Source: Candidatus Eiseniibacteriota bacterium
Lineage (GTDB): Bacteria > Arandabacterota > Arandabacteria > Arandabacterales > Arandabacteraceae
Direction of reading: 5' to 3'
NCBI GenBank assembly: GCA_043810925.1
Contig: JBDRNT010000161.1
Location: 32,001-96,000 of the forward strand
DNA: 64,000 nucleotides
Shown one piece after another: positions 51,115 through 61,159 of this stretch. Every line of letters starts with the position of its first letter. Positions within the stretch are counted from its first letter, which is position 1. The notes below the pieces were generated by a model, which saw only the letters and a program-made list of their open reading frames with translations, was not told the origin of the DNA and did no database searches. A program made the position numbers and the translations under genes.

Positions 51115-51984
51115 ATGCCGACGGCAAAACACCCCCCTGTCATTGGCGACCTTATCAAGAGGTACAAGCAGGAGTTGATCTCACGGGACTACAGTGCAAG
51201 AACAGCCGAAGTTTACGCAACATCTGTTTCTTCCTTCCTCAAGAATGTGCCCGATCCCGCGTCTCCCACAGAAGAAGATGCGAACAAGTACATAAAGGGG
51301 ATCCTCGACGGCACCACCAAGGGTGGCGCTTCCCAATCGTCGGTGGGTATCGCGGCAAGTGCGATCAAGCTCCTCTTCAAGCACACGCTCGGAACTCCTC
51401 TTAATCTGTCCGTTGAGCTCAAGCGGCGTGCCCGGCCTATGCCGACCATACTTGCGAGAGAAGAGATCCAGAAGGTCGTAGGTGTTACAAGGAATGTCAG
51501 CCACCGCCTCATCTTCCAGCTGATGTATTCGTCGGGACTCAAACTCGATGAGTTGCTCGGTCTCAAGGTCAAGGACGTTGACATCGACGGCAAGAACCTG
51601 GTGATCCGTGGTAATTCCACCAGCGGAAGAAAAGCCAAGCAAACCAGAACAACCATAATGTCGGAGAAGGTCGCCCCGATGCTCCACGCCTTCATAGTGG
51701 ACAGGGACACGGAAGCTTATGTTTTCCCGGGTATAGACGGCGGACATATGACTCCCAGAGCTGTCCAGAAGGCTTTCAAGCATGCTCTCAAGAAGGCCGG
51801 TGTCAACAAGAAGGCCAGCTGCAATTCTCTGCGACACTCCTTTGCCGTACACCAGCTTGAAAAAGGAGTGGATATCAAGCATGTCCGCAGGCTGCTCGGA
51901 CACGCGCGAACCGAGACCACATCGATTTACAAGAGACTGATATCCGATGATATAATAGACATAAAGAGCCCGCTGGACGCATAG
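51115..51984 (+). CDS. Tyrosine recombinase/integrase family protein with substituted catalytic residues
   Basis: YSARTAEVY N-terminal domain; PTILAREEI; YSSGLKLDE; NSLRHSFA; LLGH..TETTSIY. Confidence 0.9.
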   Translation: MPTAKHPPVIGDLIKRYKQELISRDYSARTAEVYATSVSSFLKNVPDPASPTEEDANKYIKGILDGTTKGGASQSSVGIAASAIKLLFKHTLGTPLNLSVELKRRARPMPTILAREEIQKVVGVTRNVSHRLIFQLMYSSGLKLDELLGLKVKDVDIDGKNLVIRGNSTSGRKAKQTRTTIMSEKVAPMLHAFIVDRDTEAYVFPGIDGGHMTPRAVQKAFKHALKKAGVNKKASCNSLRHSFAVHQLEKGVDIKHVRRLLGHARTETTSIYKRLISDDIIDIKSPLDA

Positions 51985-52009
51985 GTGTTGCATATCACGG
52001 AGGGATGGA

Positions 52010-52483
52010 ATGGACACGTTCAAGGCAAGTGAGGTTCTTCGGGTTGCAATGAAGATCGAGGAGAATGGCGAGCGGCTATACCGCCACGCTACGACCCTGG
52101 CCGGTGATACGGAGACCAAAGACTTCTTTGGTTTTCTTGCCGATGAGGAGACGAAGCACAAGAAGACGTTCGAGGCTATGCTCTCAAAGGCCGAGCACTA
52201 CCAGCCGTCCGAGACCTATCCGGGTGAGCACCTTGTCTACCTCCGTGCATACGCGGATAACATAATCTTCTCGCCTGACAAAGTCGAAAAGGAGATCGCC
52301 GGCCTCACCGACGTGGACAGCGTGCTTGAGTTCGGAATTCAGCGGGAGATCGAGTCCATTCTCTATTATCTCGAGACCAGGAACCTGGTACCCGATAGTC
52401 AGCGTGAGCAGATTGACAAGATCATTGACGAGGAACGCAGGCACTATCTTAGGCTCGTCGATGTCAGAAAGAACCTGAGTTAG
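52010..52483 (+). CDS. Ferritin-like (rubrerythrin-type diiron) protein
   Basis: AMKIEENG..LY, LADEETKH, QREIESILYY, DEERRH. Confidence 0.88.
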   Translation: MDTFKASEVLRVAMKIEENGERLYRHATTLAGDTETKDFFGFLADEETKHKKTFEAMLSKAEHYQPSETYPGEHLVYLRAYADNIIFSPDKVEKEIAGLTDVDSVLEFGIQREIESILYYLETRNLVPDSQREQIDKIIDEERRHYLRLVDVRKNLS

Positions 52484-52511
52484 AGATCCGCCTATCATCG
52501 AGTCGCAGCGT

Positions 52512-53270
52512 ATGGGCGTTTTTGAGAAATTCGCACGCATCTACTCAGAGGGCGGCTACGGTGATTTCAGCAGGCGGATGGCCGACCTTCTGCCCGCAGC
52601 CCTGAGGCAGATCGGCTTCAAGCCCAGTACAGTTCTCGATCTTGCCTGTGGCGACGGGACCTTTGCTGTTGCCATGGCGGCGGACGGCTTCAGAGTAACC
52701 GGGCTTGACGTATCACCCCATTTGCTCGAATTCGCCGGGAAGAAAGCCGGGAAGGCAGACACCGGCGCCGAGTTTGTGTTGGGCGATATGCGCAAGCTCC
52801 CATTCAAGGAGCAGTTCGATCTCGTCACCTGCTGGTTCGATAGCCTCAATTATCTGACCGAATCCGAAGACCTCAAGGCGACCTTCACGGGCGTATCGCA
52901 TGCGCTCCGGCCGGGAGGACTCTTCATTTTCGACATGAATACCATTTACGGTCTCGCTGTCAACTGGCCGAAATCACCCTGTTACATACAGCAGGACGCC
53001 GATCGTATCTTCGAGGTTCACCTGCCGGCATTCGACCATGAGACCGGTCTCGCAAGCATGAGGATCATCGCGTTCTCGAAGCATGGCCGGACGTGGCAGC
53101 GGATAGAAGAGGAGCACGAGGAGCGCGGATATCCACAGCAGGAAATCAGGTCGTACCTCGGGAACGCAGGATTTCAGGTACTCGCATGCTGGGGAAGTTT
53201 CCGCGAGATGAGTGAGGCCAGGCCTGATAGCAGCCGCGTCTGGTATGTCGCGAAGAAAGCGGGCAAATAA
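52512..53270 (+). CDS. Class I SAM-dependent methyltransferase
   Basis: VLDLACGDG, GLDVS, GDMR, FDSLNY, LRPGGLFIFD. Confidence 0.9.
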   Translation: MGVFEKFARIYSEGGYGDFSRRMADLLPAALRQIGFKPSTVLDLACGDGTFAVAMAADGFRVTGLDVSPHLLEFAGKKAGKADTGAEFVLGDMRKLPFKEQFDLVTCWFDSLNYLTESEDLKATFTGVSHALRPGGLFIFDMNTIYGLAVNWPKSPCYIQQDADRIFEVHLPAFDHETGLASMRIIAFSKHGRTWQRIEEEHEERGYPQQEIRSYLGNAGFQVLACWGSFREMSEARPDSSRVWYVAKKAGK

Positions 53271-53273
53271 CAC

Positions 53274-54662
53274 ATGAAGCGCCGACCGGGCCTTAAGACG
53301 ATCGTGGTACTTGCAGTCCTCTTCGCTGCCGGCGCGCTCCACTGGGTGTTGTTTCTCCACAGCGGGAACATGACGTTCAGGGCGCACGATTGGGGAAAGG
53401 AGTTCATATACTACTCCCTCTTCAAGCAGGCACTGACCACGGGGGAAATACCTTTTCACATCTCGCTTGCTTTTCACGATACACCGAGGTTCCTGGCACT
53501 ACCCGAAACCAACCTGTCCCCCCAGATCCTCTTGCTTCCCCTGATGAGTGTCGGACAATTCATACTGGTCAATATCCTGATCCTCTATTCGATCGGTTTT
53601 GTCGGTTGTCTGCTGATCCGACAACGCTACCGGCTGTCCCTGATACCGTTTTCCATTCTCTTCCTGCTCTTCAACTTCAACGGTCACATCACGGCGCACA
53701 TAGGTGTCGGTCACTCCATGTGGGCCGGTTACTTCCTGCTTCCGTTTTTCTTTCTGTTTGTTCTCGATCTGGCCGGTGGGAACGTCAGACCGACCACCCC
53801 GATTAAGATTGCTTTCGTACTGTTCGCCATCCTGCTTCAGGGAGGGCTTCACATCTTTATGTGGTGCATGACGTTTTTGGTCTTGCTTCTGGCCTTCAAC
53901 TGGCGGTACGTGAGGCCCATCCTCACTTCGGTCCTCCTCACGCTGGTGATGTCTGCATTCAGACTGATTCCTGCGACCTTCGCCCTCGCGGGCAAGAAGG
54001 AGAAGTTCATATGGTCCTATCCTACCTTGCGTGACGTACTGGATGCGATCATAACCATAAGACAGCAGGCCCCCGAGCGCCTTCGGCCGTGGGGGACGGC
54101 CGGGTGGTGGGAATTGGACATATATATGGGCATCATCGGGCTGGCTCTGATTGTCTATTTCGGTATCTTTCTTCGCTTCAGCAAGCGAGAGGATCTTAAG
54201 GACCTCAGGTTCAAGCCGCTGGATCTACCAGTGTTCATTATGGCACTGTTCTCGATAAGCTACTTCCACGCGTTTCTCACAAGACTCCCGATCCCGCTGC
54301 TGAGCGCCGAGCGCGTTGCGACCAGATTCATCATAATACCTGTTCTGCTGCTCGCGCTTCTGGCGGTGATACGCATGGAAAGAGTCCTGACCAACTTGAA
54401 GCAGACCTTCGCTTCCAGGGTCATCGCAGTCGGGGCCGTTCTCATAATGGTACTGGGGTTCGTCGACCATTCATTTCTATGGTCGGTAACGAGGCTTGAG
54501 CGAATCTGCGGGAACCGGGTGGTCGATCTCACGACCCCCGACGTCATCAGCCGGCCGGATCCCTTGTATAAGAATCTTCTCTTGGTATCCGCCGCCCTTT
54601 CGATCGCCGGGATCGCTCTGTCACTTTACTTCGCCTTCAGGCACCGCTCCGACAGGATCTAA
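53274..54662 (+). CDS. Polytopic membrane protein of unknown function
   Basis: About 11-13 hydrophobic segments; 462 aa. Confidence 0.75.
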   Translation: MKRRPGLKTIVVLAVLFAAGALHWVLFLHSGNMTFRAHDWGKEFIYYSLFKQALTTGEIPFHISLAFHDTPRFLALPETNLSPQILLLPLMSVGQFILVNILILYSIGFVGCLLIRQRYRLSLIPFSILFLLFNFNGHITAHIGVGHSMWAGYFLLPFFFLFVLDLAGGNVRPTTPIKIAFVLFAILLQGGLHIFMWCMTFLVLLLAFNWRYVRPILTSVLLTLVMSAFRLIPATFALAGKKEKFIWSYPTLRDVLDAIITIRQQAPERLRPWGTAGWWELDIYMGIIGLALIVYFGIFLRFSKREDLKDLRFKPLDLPVFIMALFSISYFHAFLTRLPIPLLSAERVATRFIIIPVLLLALLAVIRMERVLTNLKQTFASRVIAVGAVLIMVLGFVDHSFLWSVTRLERICGNRVVDLTTPDVISRPDPLYKNLLLVSAALSIAGIALSLYFAFRHRSDRI

Positions 54663-55331
54663 CTCGTCGATCACGGTTTCTGATGACTTGTCGATATCTA
54701 TGATTCTCGAACCCTTGATATACTGACGTGTCTCGTACCTGGTGATCGACTGGAGCTTGCGGGTAATACCTATCATACTCTCGACGGCTTCCTGGATCTT
54801 CCCCATTTGGGTCCGCAGCCGGCTCCCTTCTCCTACCTGCTTGAGAAGGAGTTCGGCATACCCGGAGACCACCTGCATGGGCTGGTTGAGCTCGTGGCAG
54901 GTCGCCCCGGCCATCTCCAGGGCTCCGCGCAGCTTCTCACGCTGCATCAACTTAGTCTGCATTTCAAGGATACGCCTGCCCGCACGCAGCCGGACCTTGA
55001 GTTCGTGAGGATTAAACGGCTTTGTAACGTAGTCGTCCGCCCCGGCCCCGATGCCCTCGATGATGTCCTTCTTCCGGTCCCTGCCGGTCAGGAGAATGAT
55101 ATAAATGTATGCCTGACGTTTCTGTTTTCGGATTTCCCTGCAAATGTCGATTCCGTCGATACCCGGCATCATCCAGTTGAGGATGACCAGACTCGGAGAG
55201 TTCCTGGTGTGCAGCTCCTGCCATGCCTCCGCCCCATTGATACAGCTGACGACCTCATACCCCCAGGTCGCGAGCTTACGCTCCAGGAGCCGGCGGGAGA
55301 CACGGTCGTCTTCGGCAATCAGAACTCTCAT
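54621..55331 (-). CDS. Receiver (Asp to Asn) fused to a HisKA/DHp domain, no ATPase domain
   Basis: VLIAEDD, LVILNWMMP, GADDYVTKPF, ATCHELNQP. Confidence 0.88.
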   Translation of the reverse strand: MRVLIAEDDRVSRRLLERKLATWGYEVVSCINGAEAWQELHTRNSPSLVILNWMMPGIDGIDICREIRKQKRQAYIYIILLTGRDRKKDIIEGIGAGADDYVTKPFNPHELKVRLRAGRRILEMQTKLMQREKLRGALEMAGATCHELNQPMQVVSGYAELLLKQVGEGSRLRTQMGKIQEAVESMIGITRKLQSITRYETRQYIKGSRIIDIDKSSETVIDELDPVGAVPEGEVK

Positions 55332-58300
55332 CGTGATTCCCTCCCCAGAGAAGCGAGTGCCGGTTTGAGCCGTTCAATCTCTTGCTCCAACTTCTTGAAC
55401 GCCTCTACCGCATGGTCCAAATCGCCCTCACGCCCAAGCTCTTCGACTCTCTGGGCCGCGTCGAATGCCAACCTGGCAGCAAAGTTGCCGACCGAGCCCT
55501 TAATGGTGTGTGCTGCCCGCTCCAGCTTCTTGCAGTCACCATCTGCCGCTGCCTGCCGCATCCGGTCCATCAGTACAGGGCTCTCTTCAAGAAACATCTC
55601 GGCGATCTCCTTCAAGAGCTCGACATCACCTTCCATTTGCTTCACCGCTTCCTCCCAGCTTATGACGTCGTCACAATGCCCCTCCATCACCGGGGGAATT
55701 CCATGTCCACCCTTCCTGCCGCCGACCAGGCTCTCGATTGTCTCGAACATCTCCCCCGCTCGTATGGGCTTGGAGACATACTTGTCCATCCCTGCTTCCA
55801 AGCAGCGCTCACGGTCACCTTTCATCGCATGAGCAGTCATAGCCACGATCGGCACATGGGTACCCGTGACTTTTTCCTTTTCCCGGATCGCGGACGTCGC
55901 CTCAAACCCGTCCATACCCGGCATCTGGATATCCATCAGTATCAGGTCGAAACTGTCGGTGTCATAGACCTCAAGTGCCTCCTTGCCGTTGGCCGCACTG
56001 ACCGTTGTGTGTCCGCGCTTTTCAAGCAGTCGTACTACCAGCTTGAGGTTGACCGGGCTGTCTTCGACGACAAGTATCTTTAGACTGCGTCTTGTCTCCC
56101 GCAGCGAGTGTTGTGTTATAAGATCGGTAGGCTTGCCGTCCTTTGGCGTCCTCCCAAGAGCAAGCATGATCGCCTCCCATAAATCGGATTTCTTCACCGG
56201 CTTGACAAGGTAACCTGAAATACCAAGTTCCCTGCACCTGGCGCCGTCGCCGACTCTGCCGGCGGATGTCAACATGATGATTGTGGGTTGTGGAAGGTTC
56301 GTACGTTTCTTGATGCGCTCGACCAGCCCGAACCCATCCATCTCAGGCATGCGGGCATCGATGATCGCTAGAGGGAATGCGTGCCCGGTTTCCTTGGCCT
56401 GTTCCATCGCTTCAAGGGCGGTATCTCCGCTGCTCATGACAGTCGGGACCATGCCCCAATCAATTGCAAGTGCACGAAGCAGTGACCTGCTTGTCGAGTT
56501 ATCATCGGCAATCAGAATCGGCAGGCCGGTAACCTCGATCCGGCCGTGCTCCGGCACCATGCAAGTCGGAACCCTCTGAATCGGAAACTCGATGGTGAAG
56601 TGGAACGTACTGCCTTTGCCTACCTCGCTATCGACGCCTATCTCTCCACCCATCATGTGCACGAAACGCTTGACGATTGCCAGACCCAGACCCGTTCCAC
56701 CGTATTTGCGCGTTGTCGACCCGTCGACCTGGGTGAACCTGTCGAAGATCGCCGCCCTTTGATCGGCGGGAATGCCTATCCCGGTGTCCTTGACCTCAAA
56801 ACGTATCATGCCTGTGTTGGATGTCTCACTGACCAGTCGCGCACGGATGGTGACGTCGCCGCGCTCCGTGAACTTAAGCGCGTTCCCCGCCAGGTTGATC
56901 AGCATCTGGCGCAACCTTCCGGGGTCCCCGCGAAGCCGGGTCGGGACCTCGGGATCGACGAAGCAGGTCAGTTCTATGCCCTTTTCAGAGGCCTTCTGAC
57001 CCAGAACGTCCCCGATGCCCTCGACGACGCTCAGCAGGTCAAAGTCGATTGACTCGATTTCCATCTTGCCCGCTTCGATCTTCGAGAAATCGAGGATGTC
57101 GTTTATGATACCGAGCAATGCCGTGCCGCTGCTATAGATCGTGGTCGCGAAGTCCCGATGCTCATTGCGAAGAGCCGGATCGTCGACGAGGAGCTGTGAG
57201 AAGCCGAGAATTCCGTTGAGCGGGGTGCGTATCTCATGGCTCATCATCGCGAGGAATTCGCTCTTGGCTTTGCTGGCGGACTTTGCCTTCGCAGCCATGT
57301 CCCTCGCGAAGACATTTGCCTCCTCCAATTGCTTGTTGGTCTCACGCAACTTTAGATTGGCCCGCTCCGCTGTTTCCTTGGCCCGGTGAGTCTCCAGTTC
57401 CGCGCGCTTGCGCCGGGTTATGTCCTGTGCAACACAAACCAGGCCCTCGAACTTGCCGTCCTCATCACGCATCACAGAGCTTGAGAACAGCATGGGGACC
57501 TTGGTGCCATGCTTTGCACAATAGATCTTCTCGGTATCGGAAACGTAGCCGTCCTTGATCAACATGTCTGTTACCGAACTATCACCCGCTGTGCCTCCAA
57601 CCACCAGGTCGAACGGTTGTCCTTTGAGCTCGGCCTCTTCATACCCCAGGAGCTTCTGCGCAGCCTGGTTCACCTTCCGGATCGTCCCGTCTTTTGCCAC
57701 GATGATCAGCGTGTCGTTCATGGACCGGATGATGTTCTCGACAAAACCCCTTGAGACCGTCGTCTTGATCAGTCCCTCGGTCATCGCGTTAAACGAGATC
57801 ACCAGGTCGTCCACCTCGTCCCGGGCCGACGGCGGCGCCTGCAGCTTGTGTTCGAAGTCGCCCTTGGCCACGCGTGACGCAAAGTGCGAGAGTGACCGGA
57901 TCGGCGAGATGATTCTTCCCATCACCACAGTCAGGAATCCAAGCAGCGCAAGCATGGCCCCAACGCTTATGATCAGGGCCTTGAGCCACTGCGCCTGGGC
58001 CTGTCTGGCGGCGCCGGAAAGCGACTGGGCCACATCTTGCGCCCGAACGACAACCAGATGGTTGAGGTCGGTCAGGAGCTTTGTCTTCATTGCAGCCACC
58101 ACGCGCGTCCGGTCTACGACCTCCCCACCTTTCTGCGGCTCGACGGTGTGAATCTCACTGTATTGTTTCATCGTGAGATAGGCGTGCTGATGCGCGGCAT
58201 TGTAGTAGGTGATGAAGTCATCGAATATGCGGCGCAGCTCGGGGGAGTCTGATTCCGGCATCATCCTCACAAGTTTTTCGGCATGCAGAAGGAACTGGTC

Positions 58301-58612
58301 TTTCTGCTTTCTTGCCGTCTCCAGAGCGGCCGTGTTCCCCGTCTGACCCGCCTCCTCAAACAGTCTCGAGACCTCCTTGAAGGCCTCAGTCAGATGGAGT
58401 ACTTCGGCATGCTGTTGGAGCGTCAGGAATTCAACCTGGTTGAGGTCTGAGGCGATCCGTCGCGAAGAATTGTAGCTGATGACCACAACAATTGCCATCG
58501 CTCCAATGAACCCGGCCAATAACAGACCGAACTTGGCCTTGAGAGGGAAGCGGAAATTAAGCATACGACGGCCCCCAGCTTGTGTCTTGAATATGGACAT
58601 GGGAAATCTCAT
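55328..58612 (-). CDS. Unorthodox hybrid kinase (TM-HAMP-PAS-HisKA-HATPase-REC-REC-Hpt)
   Basis: [34 protein letters not shown], two REC domains, AHTIKGS. Confidence 0.94.
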   Translation of the reverse strand: MRFPMSIFKTQAGGRRMLNFRFPLKAKFGLLLAGFIGAMAIVVVISYNSSRRIASDLNQVEFLTLQQHAEVLHLTEAFKEVSRLFEEAGQTGNTAALETARKQKDQFLLHAEKLVRMMPESDSPELRRIFDDFITYYNAAHQHAYLTMKQYSEIHTVEPQKGGEVVDRTRVVAAMKTKLLTDLNHLVVVRAQDVAQSLSGAARQAQAQWLKALIISVGAMLALLGFLTVVMGRIISPIRSLSHFASRVAKGDFEHKLQAPPSARDEVDDLVISFNAMTEGLIKTTVSRGFVENIIRSMNDTLIIVAKDGTIRKVNQAAQKLLGYEEAELKGQPFDLVVGGTAGDSSVTDMLIKDGYVSDTEKIYCAKHGTKVPMLFSSSVMRDEDGKFEGLVCVAQDITRRKRAELETHRAKETAERANLKLRETNKQLEEANVFARDMAAKAKSASKAKSEFLAMMSHEIRTPLNGILGFSQLLVDDPALRNEHRDFATTIYSSGTALLGIINDILDFSKIEAGKMEIESIDFDLLSVVEGIGDVLGQKASEKGIELTCFVDPEVPTRLRGDPGRLRQMLINLAGNALKFTERGDVTIRARLVSETSNTGMIRFEVKDTGIGIPADQRAAIFDRFTQVDGSTTRKYGGTGLGLAIVKRFVHMMGGEIGVDSEVGKGSTFHFTIEFPIQRVPTCMVPEHGRIEVTGLPILIADDNSTSRSLLRALAIDWGMVPTVMSSGDTALEAMEQAKETGHAFPLAIIDARMPEMDGFGLVERIKKRTNLPQPTIIMLTSAGRVGDGARCRELGISGYLVKPVKKSDLWEAIMLALGRTPKDGKPTDLITQHSLRETRRSLKILVVEDSPVNLKLVVRLLEKRGHTTVSAANGKEALEVYDTDSFDLILMDIQMPGMDGFEATSAIREKEKVTGTHVPIVAMTAHAMKGDRERCLEAGMDKYVSKPIRAGEMFETIESLVGGRKGGHGIPPVMEGHCDDVISWEEAVKQMEGDVELLKEIAEMFLEESPVLMDRMRQAAADGDCKKLERAAHTIKGSVGNFAARLAFDAAQRVEELGREGDLDHAVEAFKKLEQEIERLKPALASLGRESR

Positions 58613-58653
58613 AGCATTATCGTTCCCGGTTATTCTGTTCCTGTACTTCTTTT

Positions 58654-58682
58654 ATATCGGCACGGTTTGGGCCTCAGAATAG
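58654..58682 (-). promoter_or_regulatory. Sigma28-like promoter without RBS module
   Basis: CTATT-N16-GCCGATAT. Confidence 0.6.
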
Positions 58683-58709
58683 CTCTTTGATTCCGTTTAT
58701 GGAGGGGGG

Positions 58710-60821
58710 CTAAGCGGTGGGTAAGCCGCCGAGAGCAGACGAATGGACACCAAGCCCGTATAAATCCCGGACAAGCCGGTTGAGCTCGTCAAACAACGCA
58801 TCTTCAGGCACTGCCTGCGACTCGATCCGGCAGACCGTCTCTATGATTCTGTCGGCTCTCGCCCGGTTCGGATGCGCCGACGGATCAGGAATGGGTAACC
58901 TTCTAAGGGCATGGATCTTGACCTGTGGAAATGCCCGTTGCTTGGCTTCATAGGACAGTGCCGCGTAGATCCAGCGTGCGGCATCGGAATTGAGCACGGC
59001 CAGGAGGTACTCAACTGAGAAGGGCTCTTCAACCTTGAGCGCCAGCACACTGTTTCTAAAATGACACTGGTGGATGTGACGAGCTGCAATCGGTCTGTCG
59101 GCCGTCTGTCTGAGTATGATGTCCGTATTCCTGTAGACTTCTTCAGAGGCCATCCTGAAATACTCCCCTTCCCGGCACACATATGTCGGATCGAGCCACC
59201 GGTCAGGACTGTCGCAACAAAAAGGGTGAATCCGTCTGCCTTCAAGAACCGGGACTGTTTCCGCACCGGGCTCCTTGAGGATGATCCGCTTCGCAACGTT
59301 TCCGGTATGCACGCCCGGGTCGGAGAAAGTCTTAAGGGTCGGATGACGCGCCTGCATCCGCTCACAGACCTTCCTTGATGCCGATGAATACCACTCATCC
59401 TCACCCCGGGGGCGGAAGAAAGTCCTCTTGCCATCTTCATCTATCGCAAGGGCGGATCGTCCCGGCTCACTCAGCCGTTTCGAGAACATGAAGGTCAAAC
59501 TCGGGGTGGTCACTCCTTCGAATATGTCCTCACCCCAGTACCGGACCTCTAACAGTTCCCCCGACTCAAGCATGCGGGACCTGAGCCGCCCGTACCCGGG
59601 AAGATGCCCGACCTGACCGGGTACGACCATCGATATCAAGCCCCCCTCTCTTGCGAGCTCGAGCGATCTCGTCATGAAGTCCCCGTGGAGGCTCGGCCAC
59701 CGGCCCGGCCTCGCCGCGGCGTTTCCCTTCTGCCTACCCTCCAGGGCCGCGTACATTCCTCTAGGTTTCTGTCTACCCGACAATGAAACGTATGGCGGGT
59801 TCCCGATCACGACGTCGAAGCCGGGAGTTCTACGCGCTGAACCGGTTTCGCCTGGGGCGACCTCGGGAAACTCAGAAGTCCAGTCAAATGACCCCGGACC
59901 GCATAAAGAATCCCCACACTTGACGTGAGATTTGAGAAATGGCAGCGGTCTACCCGGAACCCATGCAAAGAGCTGGAGTGACAGTTCTGCTATTTCCACA
60001 GCCATCGGATTGATGTCGACGCCATAGACGCAACGCTCAGCTACCAGATATCTCCACTCCGCCATCGCATCCACAACTTTGCTGTCTCGCTTCTCCTCCC
60101 GGGCAAGGGCGGCGCCGTATGCCCGGGCAAGGTACTCAACTGTCTCGATGAGAAAGTGGGCTGAACCCATCGCAGGGTCCAGTACCTTTAGATCCAGAAT
60201 CTCATCCGACGACAACGGTCTCCCGGAACCGGGCTCCGGCGCTGATCTACAGTTCCCGCCGCCCAATGGACCCAGAGTTGTGGAGATGATGTACCGGACT
60301 ATGTTCTCGGGAGTGTAGTATGCCCCCGACCGTTTCCGCCTCGAATCCCGGCCTCGACGCCGCATCTCAAATTCGGTGACTGGTACCGAATTACCGGGGG
60401 AGTACTCAAGCAGAGTTTCGTAGATGGTCCCGAACTCGCGGACATCAAGTTTCTCGTAGTCGATCTCTTCCGTCTTGCTCAGAATGTCGCTTGCACGAGC
60501 AAGGGAGTGTTCCGGAACCTCCAGCAAGGAAAGCAATGGATGTGTGTCGGGATCGAACAGCCTGCTCCGGCCATCGAGGATCAGGGCGCATGGGCGATTG
60601 CGTACCGGGCTGGTGTGGATTCCGGGTCCGGGCATATGTCGACTTTGGGCGTAGAAGCCGAAGAGCAGCCTGAAGATCACTGCAATAGACTCATTCAGTA
60701 TGGCTTCAGGAGTGATCGGGTGGGCATCGAGGATCCCGGGATTGGACCGGACGAAGTGGGTAAGCCCCTCCCCAATCGCTTCGACCGCGAGGACTGCACT
60801 GCCTTTGAGATCGACTGCCAT
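58710..60821 (-). CDS. Eco57I/TaqI-like N6-adenine DNA methyltransferase with C-terminal target-recognition domain
   Basis: GTIYETLL, GAYYTP, VLDPAMGSAHFL, YGVDIN, DVVIGNPPY, YLLAVLNS...LRRLPIP. Confidence 0.9.
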   Translation of the reverse strand: MAVDLKGSAVLAVEAIGEGLTHFVRSNPGILDAHPITPEAILNESIAVIFRLLFGFYAQSRHMPGPGIHTSPVRNRPCALILDGRSRLFDPDTHPLLSLLEVPEHSLARASDILSKTEEIDYEKLDVREFGTIYETLLEYSPGNSVPVTEFEMRRRGRDSRRKRSGAYYTPENIVRYIISTTLGPLGGGNCRSAPEPGSGRPLSSDEILDLKVLDPAMGSAHFLIETVEYLARAYGAALAREEKRDSKVVDAMAEWRYLVAERCVYGVDINPMAVEIAELSLQLFAWVPGRPLPFLKSHVKCGDSLCGPGSFDWTSEFPEVAPGETGSARRTPGFDVVIGNPPYVSLSGRQKPRGMYAALEGRQKGNAAARPGRWPSLHGDFMTRSLELAREGGLISMVVPGQVGHLPGYGRLRSRMLESGELLEVRYWGEDIFEGVTTPSLTFMFSKRLSEPGRSALAIDEDGKRTFFRPRGEDEWYSSASRKVCERMQARHPTLKTFSDPGVHTGNVAKRIILKEPGAETVPVLEGRRIHPFCCDSPDRWLDPTYVCREGEYFRMASEEVYRNTDIILRQTADRPIAARHIHQCHFRNSVLALKVEEPFSVEYLLAVLNSDAARWIYAALSYEAKQRAFPQVKIHALRRLPIPDPSAHPNRARADRIIETVCRIESQAVPEDALFDELNRLVRDLYGLGVHSSALGGLPTA

Positions 60822-61096
60822 GATGCGTCGAGTACCTCCGTGCTCCAGCGTACCGCAGCAGACCAGCACTTTTCAATGTTCGACTGGACACCTCGGGGCG
60901 GTTGGCGAAGCGCCTTCGAGCGAATCTGATCGTGAGGAAAGAGAATTCTCACGCGCTGACCGTTAAGAAACCGTGCATGTCTGAGGGCGAAGCCCGAGTT
61001 CACGATTTCAGGGAACACGCGTAGAGAATTCCCGAAACGACCAGCCTGAGCGTAGAAGGTCGCTTCGCCAACCGATCTTTGGTGTCACCAGCGGAA

Positions 61097-61125
61097 TTGC
61101 AATTGCCCTGGCGTATCGGTATGAT
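61097..61125 (+). promoter_or_regulatory. Sigma70-type promoter
   Basis: TTGCAA-N17-TATGAT. Confidence 0.55.
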
Positions 61126-61159
61126 GGTATCCGGTCTTGTGGGAGCAGGGAGGAGACTC

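Noticed and set aside
51115-54662. Integron (integrase plus cassettes)
   Set aside because: No IntI-specific insertion; intergenic gaps of under 30 bp hold no attC; genes are co-oriented with the integrase
54807-55832. Long antisense ORFs (also 51181-52161, 16026-16652, 30092-30949)
   Set aside because: They shadow well-supported genes on the opposite strand
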